Below, piece after piece: positions 56,196-64,000 of a DNA stretch of 64,000 nucleotides (positions are counted from its first letter, which is position 1; each line of letters opens with the position of its first letter). A program made the position numbers and the translations under genes. Under the pieces are notes generated by a model, which had not been told where the DNA came from, made no database searches, and worked only from the letters and a program-made list of their open reading frames with translations. The DNA lies in assembly GCA_045837725.1 (NCBI GenBank), contig JBEWZL010000198.1, forward strand, positions 1-64,000, in the 5' to 3' direction. This DNA is from Vermamoeba vermiformis. Taxonomy: Eukaryota.

Positions 56196-56594
56196 TTTTG
56201 TTTCAAATAGGGGTTATTCGCATATAATTTTATATATTACAATATGGTGCACAAAATTTTGGCTATCGCCCGATCCAAAATTGGCGCCAACAACGGAGAC
56301 CTCCTTTTCAGTTCGTTGAGATCTTGACTTGGTCCAAAAACAAACAATGGAAAAAAGGCCCGCAGAAACACCCAAAAAAAGCGAGCACGTGATCATTTTT
56401 GTTCCGCAGTATGTGATTGGTTGAATCGTGGACGATACTGAAATTTCCCAAGTCACGTGATCTTCCAGGGCAACCTTTGACAGACGACATAACGGTCAGC
56501 TACGAACGAAATGAAGCCACGAATCTGTTAAGTAGGGTCTTAATATATATTTAACACTATAGTACAAATCTGTTTCACCATGGTTCTGGTTACA

Positions 56595-59326
56595 TCACTT
56601 TTTGCCTTGGAAAAGGGCAACGCGATCGGCGATGGCGGATTTGGTCCGAGTGTGCGCCAATTTTGGTCCTGTTGGTGTGGCAGGACTTGAACTCGTCGCA
56701 ATATTGCCTGTCGATGATGATTGCAGTGGCCCGTCACGTGGTTCTACAAAGGCAAACTCGCGACTAAGTCTATTCCGCCTTTTTTCTGCCAGGGCTGTTG
56801 TGCTCTTCGGAGAGGCCAGTGGTGCCGCCAAGTGGAGCTCTGATTTTGAAGGATTGCGCGAAGGTTGTTGCGGTGGCGAGGAGTTGAGATTGCGGGACTC
56901 CTTTGAGACGCTAACAGAGTGTGCTCGCAAATTAGGTTCACTCGAGTAACTCTTCAGATCTGTGACCACATGCTCTGTTTCTCGCCTCGAATCCGCAAAG
57001 AAGGCGTTCAAAGCCTCTGGATCATTCTCCGGGTCCAGCAACGCTTTGCAATTTGCCGCCAAGTTCTCGATAGCGATTTGATACGGAGTCAAGCCTGCAA
57101 CAACAGTCAATTACACAATCGATTGAGCCACGCCCAACTACGCACCTCGCTTGTTAGTTAGGTCAGTCTTCGCTCCGTATTGCAACAGTACACGTGCACA
57201 ACCTGCGGAGTCCTAAAGAGTTGTCAGAAAGTTTATGCTACACAATGATGACTTACGTATAGCGCTGCCATATGTAACGGTGTGTTACCGTCTGAGTCAA
57301 CGATATTAACTTGTGCACCGCTCATCATGAGTAGAGTAACACCCACAATGTCTTCTTTGAGACTGCTATTGTGAAGTAGCGTTCGACCATTTACGGATTG
57401 CCAGTTAACGGAAAGGCCCTGAGGGGTATGTTAGATAATGACGAGACTAGTTATCGGGCTTATAATTACCTTTGCAATCAGAGAGTACATGTCATACGGA
57501 TCCGGAATTTCAGCCAATAAGAAACTCTCCGCTGCTTTCGTGACATTCTCATCGCGGATTACAAATTGTTTTTCTTGATATTTAGCCTTAATAAATTGTA
57601 GTCTCTCCTCACTACTGGAATATTAGATACACATTAATATGAGAAAAATACATACGAAGAAGACTCGGGATTGATCTTCTTATCAGGCGCTCGTGCTTCG
57701 TATAATGCGTTACATTTCTTATTGCCAATGGTTTGCATGATCTAAACTACTGTTAGTACGTTCGAGACGATATCGGGAATACGTACGCTTGTGACTTCGG
57801 GTTCCCAATGATCAAGTGTTAACGAGCGTACTTTAGAAATATGTGCACCGAGATTTCGATGAGCTCCCGAGCATTTGATGCAAACGAGAATGCCGAAAGT
57901 CGTAGAGGCCCATTGAGGATCGGTGCCGTGACAATCAGCGCAGTGTTTGTTACCCAGGACGGCGTTCAGGTCAGTAGTTGAATTTTTCAGCGACGTGGTG
58001 GTCTTTTTATCTTCACTTCCAAGTTGTTGAATAATAATGTTTTCAATCACCCGTATCCAATCGTGCATATCCTAGGTACGTGTTAATTGTAGTTGGTGAG
58101 TCAACGAGACTCTTACATTTACATCGACTGCTTCGAGTGGTACTGTTTTGCCCTCCGCTGACAATACATCGAATCGACTTGGCTTGCCGGAGTCCATAAG
58201 AGGTTTTACAGAACAAAGTACAAGATTGAGTGTATCAATCGGATCCAAGCTCTAAACTCGACCAGTCAATTTTAGCTGAAATTCCTAAAGGACTATTCGT
58301 ACCTTCCAATTCTTATAATACATGAGCTGGCCGTTGATAATTGACACCCATCTTCGCTTCCATTTTCCTTTGTATTTCACTAACAAATATCCGTTCTTTG
58401 TTGTAACGCTCTCGCCCATGATTGTGTCTCGGCGCATCTACATCGAAAGTTAAATTACGGAGAAGCATACGCACGACTTACTAATTTCTGTTGAGCAAAG
58501 AATCGTTGCAGGAATTGTTCTGCTTCTTTAATAGTTTTTGCTCCGTTTTGGAAGAACGCAAGATCGGCAAGTGAGGAGTTAATTAAATTTTCGATCACTG
58601 CTGCGTTCGAATACTTCAAGGTCTCTTTCATTAACTTGACATAGTCATTCCCTGTCGTTTCAAAGAGTAATTTATCGGCCTTTTCTTCTTGTTCGAGCTG
58701 TTTAATAAAAGTTACTATTTTTAGCCTTTTGTTCTGTTACTTACTTTGGAAAACTTAGCATCTCCAGCCTTCTTCTTTGTTGCGTGAAGCTTTTCTGTTG
58801 ATATCTCATACGCCTTCCGAGAGTCTTCGACCTTCTGTCCCAAATCCTTGAATAGATCGGGTTAATTTCAAATGCTTGCAATTACCGTGAACTTACTGTG
58901 ATTTCCTCCATGCTCTCGTCAAATTGTTTAATCGGCTTGCTCAGCAATGTCTCTTGTTGTTCAATCAAACGTTGCCTACGAGTTCCCATTTCCGAATAGA
59001 GATCTCCAAGCCTCAAAAAATAGTCCTGGGTTCTGTTGTCCGCAGCCTGTCCAAAGTTAATGATAGCAGACCCCAGTTGTCGCTCTAAGTCGGCGTATAC
59101 TAAAAAATCATGTTATTTACCATTTATATTTTTAATTGAATGTTTACATTTTCCTGCAGCCGCTAGATCTTGTGCCGTCTTTTGTAGTTGTTTAATTTTC
59201 TTCTTAAATGATTCTGTTTTCTATGAAAATACTATTAATTCGAGCTGGAAGAGGACCACGCAGACTTACTTGAGTCAGCTGCGGAATCTGTTCCCGAACC
59301 GTTCCTAATGACCCGTCTAAACTCAT
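56595..59326 (-). CDS. ACAP/centaurin-beta-like ArfGAP (BAR-like, PH, ArfGAP, ankyrin repeats)
   Basis: Helical N-terminus; PH GYLLVKYKGKWKRRWV...WIRVIE; CADCHGTDPQWASTTFGILVCIKCSGAHRNLGAHISKVRSLTLD; FIKAKY; ankyrin GNTPLHMAA. Many short introns. Confidence 0.88.
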
Positions 59327-60094
59327 GATTGGTTTGAAATTATATACATATTATGGTCGTCCTGTGCAAGACTAATTTCCTGTTTGGTTATTTCCGTCCC
59401 ACGCGTGCGGAGGTCGAGAATTATCTCCTGCGCGTGATTTATTCAAAAACCCAAGGGACAATCCACATCACAACTTACACTGCATTAATGAGCATGAGGT
59501 TATACTCGCTCGAGATAATACCTTGTACGGCTCGTTCCGGCAACATCGGAGCGAGACTACAAACAAAAGAGTGCAAAATTAATGCAATGAATAAGACAAT
59601 TGAACACTAATAATTAGTCGGTATTGAAAAAAAGTCGAAGCAGCTGCTTGATCAGGATTTAAAATCGTAAATATTTTTAGGGCGGATGAGCCGTGTATCA
59701 AGATCTGGAAACGATTGATGCTCGTGCTCTGGTCTAGCAATTCATAACCTTGTGAGCCTTCCTGACGAATTGTACTATTAATTGGAACGATTTACAAATA
59801 TACGATTGACTTTACCTACCTTGTAGATTTATCCGTTCTGATTTTCAACAATAATTGCTATACGTTGGGAATTATTAGGCGTATTTTAAAAGTTCAAAAC
59901 AAAAAAGGGCATCCGCGCATTTGCGATCCTGATTCGAAGCTTTATCGTTCGCTACTGGCAACCAAATTTTTACACCAAGATAGGTAATGTCAATGTGTAA
60001 TGTTGTTGTTTTTGTAAGAACGTTCGAGAATGCGCGAGGTCGGTGATAAACACTTCGTCAGAAATCGATCTTCTTTTCAATAGCGACCTGCTAA

Positions 60095-60877
<783 letters not shown>

Positions 60878-61101
60878 ACATGTTACGCGCGTTCTAGCTC
60901 TGTATAGAAACGTTTGTAATAAACTGCTGTGCAGTAGACCTATAATCTCTTATCCTCGGTGCTATTAAATGCGTGAAGATTGAATCATACAGCAATTTGG
61001 TGCTTCAAACTGACTCGGCTAAGAATAATAATTATTATTGAAACGATCCACCAAAATGATTGGTTCGAGCCAAAATGAAGCACAGCAATACATAATTAAC
61101 G

Positions 61102-64000
61102 ATGAATGCAGCTATCAATAGTGCGATAGTGTTTCCTACATCACCTAATTGGTATTGTACCAAAGTAAGTGATTGTAATCAAAATGGCGTGCTTGGATTT
61201 GGATCTAAAAACTACGTGATGCTTCTTAATTCCACTTCCAAAATATTTTTACGGCCATTGGAAGGCCATGACCAGCGCATATCCGCATTCAGCTTTTGTA
61301 AAGGTAATTAAACATAATTATTTGACATTTTTTAAAATATTGTTGATAGCTCCTGGCGCCTCAAATTTCTGTGTCTCTGGTTGCATTGGAAGGCGAGTCA
61401 AGTTATGGAATATTGATAATTATGAATGTGTTAAACAACACAACGATCACAAAGCTGAAATAACAGCAGTTACCACCTCTATGGTGGCCGCTGATCTGAT
61501 CGTGTCAGGTACGTACAATGTGAGAGAAAAGACTTACGGGCCAAATTGGTAACATTAGATTTGTAGGTGATACTGATGGTCGGATTGTTGTATGGAGATG
61601 GCACTCAGATGAGAAGAAAATACACGTGCCAATCAGTGGTCAAACAATCTTTTCTCTGGCTTGTTCTCCGAATGATGCCGATATAGTAGTCATTGGATAT
61701 CAAAGCGGTAATATAGCCATCGTCAACGTGGTCACCGGCGAGGTTGTGCATCGTTTGGTAGGCCATGTAGATGAAATTCATGCCGTGGACTGGGCACCAC
61801 TCAACCAACCACAAACGGACGAGGGCGAAGAATCAAAGCCCAATGAACCTATCTCCAAGTCACCTTATCTGTTGACTTCATCCAAGGACAAGACGATAAG
61901 AGTGTGGGACGCTACTGACTTCAGTTTAGTTACCACACTGCAAATACCCAAGCCGACAGGTCAATTTCACGAAGGACAAAAGACACGTGTTTGGATTACT
62001 GCGTGCTTCTCTCCAACCAGCTCGCACATCATTATTTCGAGCAATCTAGTGTACGTATACATACTCATTGGTAATTTTACTGATATTGTTTAGTGGTGAG
62101 CTAATCAAGTGGGACATTCGTAACAAAAACAAACAGACTAAGTTTGCCAATGGCCACTCTCGGCCAATCTTTAACATCGCCACGTGCTTACATAATGGCT
62201 TCTCAAATCTATATACTGTCTCAATGGATCGAGCTGTAAGTGTGCTTTCGGCACAACACGCACAGCTAACATTCACTATAGATCATCATGTGGGACGAGA
62301 AGTCTCGACAAAAAGTCTGGGACGTGAGTTCTATGGGTGGATTCGTGTACTCCATTGACATCAACCCAACGGATCCAGCCCGGCTAGTCGCAGCAATCGG
62401 CGACAACACGATCAGAGTGTGCAATCTGAATTACACCGAGAAGTACGTTTAAACGGTAAATATAACGGACTACTAACACTAGTTTAGAACAGAACACATG
62501 CGCGAACCTCACCAAACGCACACAATATGGAAAGGTCTACAATCAAAGGTCACGGTTGTAAGTTAAACTGAGGCCTTATTTTGTGCGTTGTCTGATTCAA
62601 TTATCAAAGGTGCGGTGGCATCCCGAGGATATGAGCACGTTTGCTTACGGCACAGACGATGGACGCATTGGCTTGTGCAAGATAGACACCAATCAGCCAA
62701 TGTTGTTCCAGAGCTATCACAAGCGCACTGTCTATGAAATCGAGTTTGGACCTGCCCCTCCTGCACACGTGTTAGAAGCTCTCAAGACCAAGTCAGGATT
62801 CTATGTCCGATTGTTGGACTGTTACTAACTGCTGTTACTTAGAGAGAAGAAGCAACAAGACACGTCAAGTGAAGCTGAACCTGAAAAGCCGGCAAATTAC
62901 AGTCACTTGTACACATGTGGAGGTGATGGTCAAATACTGGTGTTCAACAACAAGAACTCGCGAGGAAACCCGATTAACATTAACGACATTATAACGCGCG
63001 TCAACCCAAACATTGGCGAGGTGTTGTCGAAGAACAAGAGCGAAAAGATACAATTTCCACAACGCAGCGAGTTTGCGTGGAAGAAAGACTTCTCATTGTT
63101 AGCCATTGGCAACGTTGACGGCTCCGTTGAGTTGTACGACGGACAGTTCAAATTTCTGAAGCAATTCAAAGACCACATCAAACTTATCAATCGTATTCGG
63201 TGGCACGAGCCTATTGAAGGAGAAGGTACTAACATCACTTTAACACCGGCATATTGTTAACTTTCACTAGGCAATGCTCGCTGGTCGCACGTCTTCGCAT
63301 CAGCCTCCAGTGACTTTACAGTGCAAGTGTACGATGTGACCTCGTTAACGAGCGCACAAGGTGAGTCTTACACAAAGACTGAACACATCGGTGCTGCAAG
63401 TAGTGAGATCCTCGCAACTCTTAAGGGGCACAAGAACAGCGTCGTCGATCTATCGTGGAGTATTCATGAGCCACATTTATTAGCCTCATGCTCATACGAT
63501 GGTTCTATTCAAGTTTGGGACGTACTCCAAGCCAAGCCATTGCACATTATGCGTGGTCATTTTGGCAAAGCACTGACAATTTCGTGGAGTCACGTCAAAG
63601 CACCAATCATTTACTCGGGTGGTGAAGATCAAACAATACGCAGGTGGAACATCCTGCAATTCAACGCTGAAGTTGATACAACTCCGTCGACCAAAGCCAA
63701 AGTTAAGCCTAAAAGTGCAAAGGCACATCAAGCTGCACAAGAGAGCCAACCTCAAGAAGTCGAGCAGACCAACTCAACTCCAAGCACACCGACTAAAGTT
63801 GTGGCGCAGCAACAACAAGAGCCCATCAGTATTGTATCGACGAGCAAGACCACCAAGAAGACGAAGAGCAAGTCACTGTTCACCAGCTTTGATCCAAATC
63901 ACGACACGAGGCTGCAAGCGCACTCAAGCACACTATTGTTCGCACAAAATCTCGCGGGTGACACTGAGCACAATATTGAGCTGCACGGCTTGACTCAAGA
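61102..64000 (+). CDS. GEMIN5: Gemin5-like WD40 protein (runs off the window end)
   Basis: FPTSPNWYC, GHVDEIHAVDW, SSKDKTIRVW, SMDR, GGFVYSI, IGDNTIRV, IWKGLQSKVT, AYGTDDGRIG, LAIGNVDGSVE, HIKLINRIRW. Confidence 0.88.

Overview
Gene-dense eukaryotic (protist-like, possibly amoebozoan; species not determinable here) DNA with many short GT-AG introns, mostly ~40-60 nt. It has three zones. (1) 1-~9,000 is an AT-rich, CpG-depleted transposon block. It holds a TIR-bounded, two-gene DNA transposon whose spliced transposase (951 aa, 8 introns, reconstructed by hand) fuses a USP-type cysteine protease, a Sola1-like DDD core and a chromodomain; the divergent second gene has a BAH-like segment. Next come a tRNA-like Pol III cassette and a Harbinger/ISL2EU-type transposase gene. 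Both elements have TATCCGG repeats at an 18-bp period near their right ends. (2) ~9,300-33,000 is a mostly GC- and CpG-rich zone (orphan gene, REV3, CSE1, UTP20, TFB1M, HTTM protein). Here the palindromes CACGTG and CTA(A/T)4TAG are strongly over-represented inside coding exons, most densely next to the transposon block. (3) 33,000-64,000 holds ordinary compact genes: cupin, GPR180/TMEM145-like, CSN5, a BRAWNIN-like microprotein missed by the ORF track, metaxin, a DUSP, an orphan, a TRIP12/UPL3-type HECT E3, UFL1, a CHD3/Mi-2-like remodeller, an ACAP-type ArfGAP, UBE2D and partial GEMIN5. Several frameshifts and poly-T stretches look like consensus errors. All family calls come from motif recognition by eye, not from database searches.
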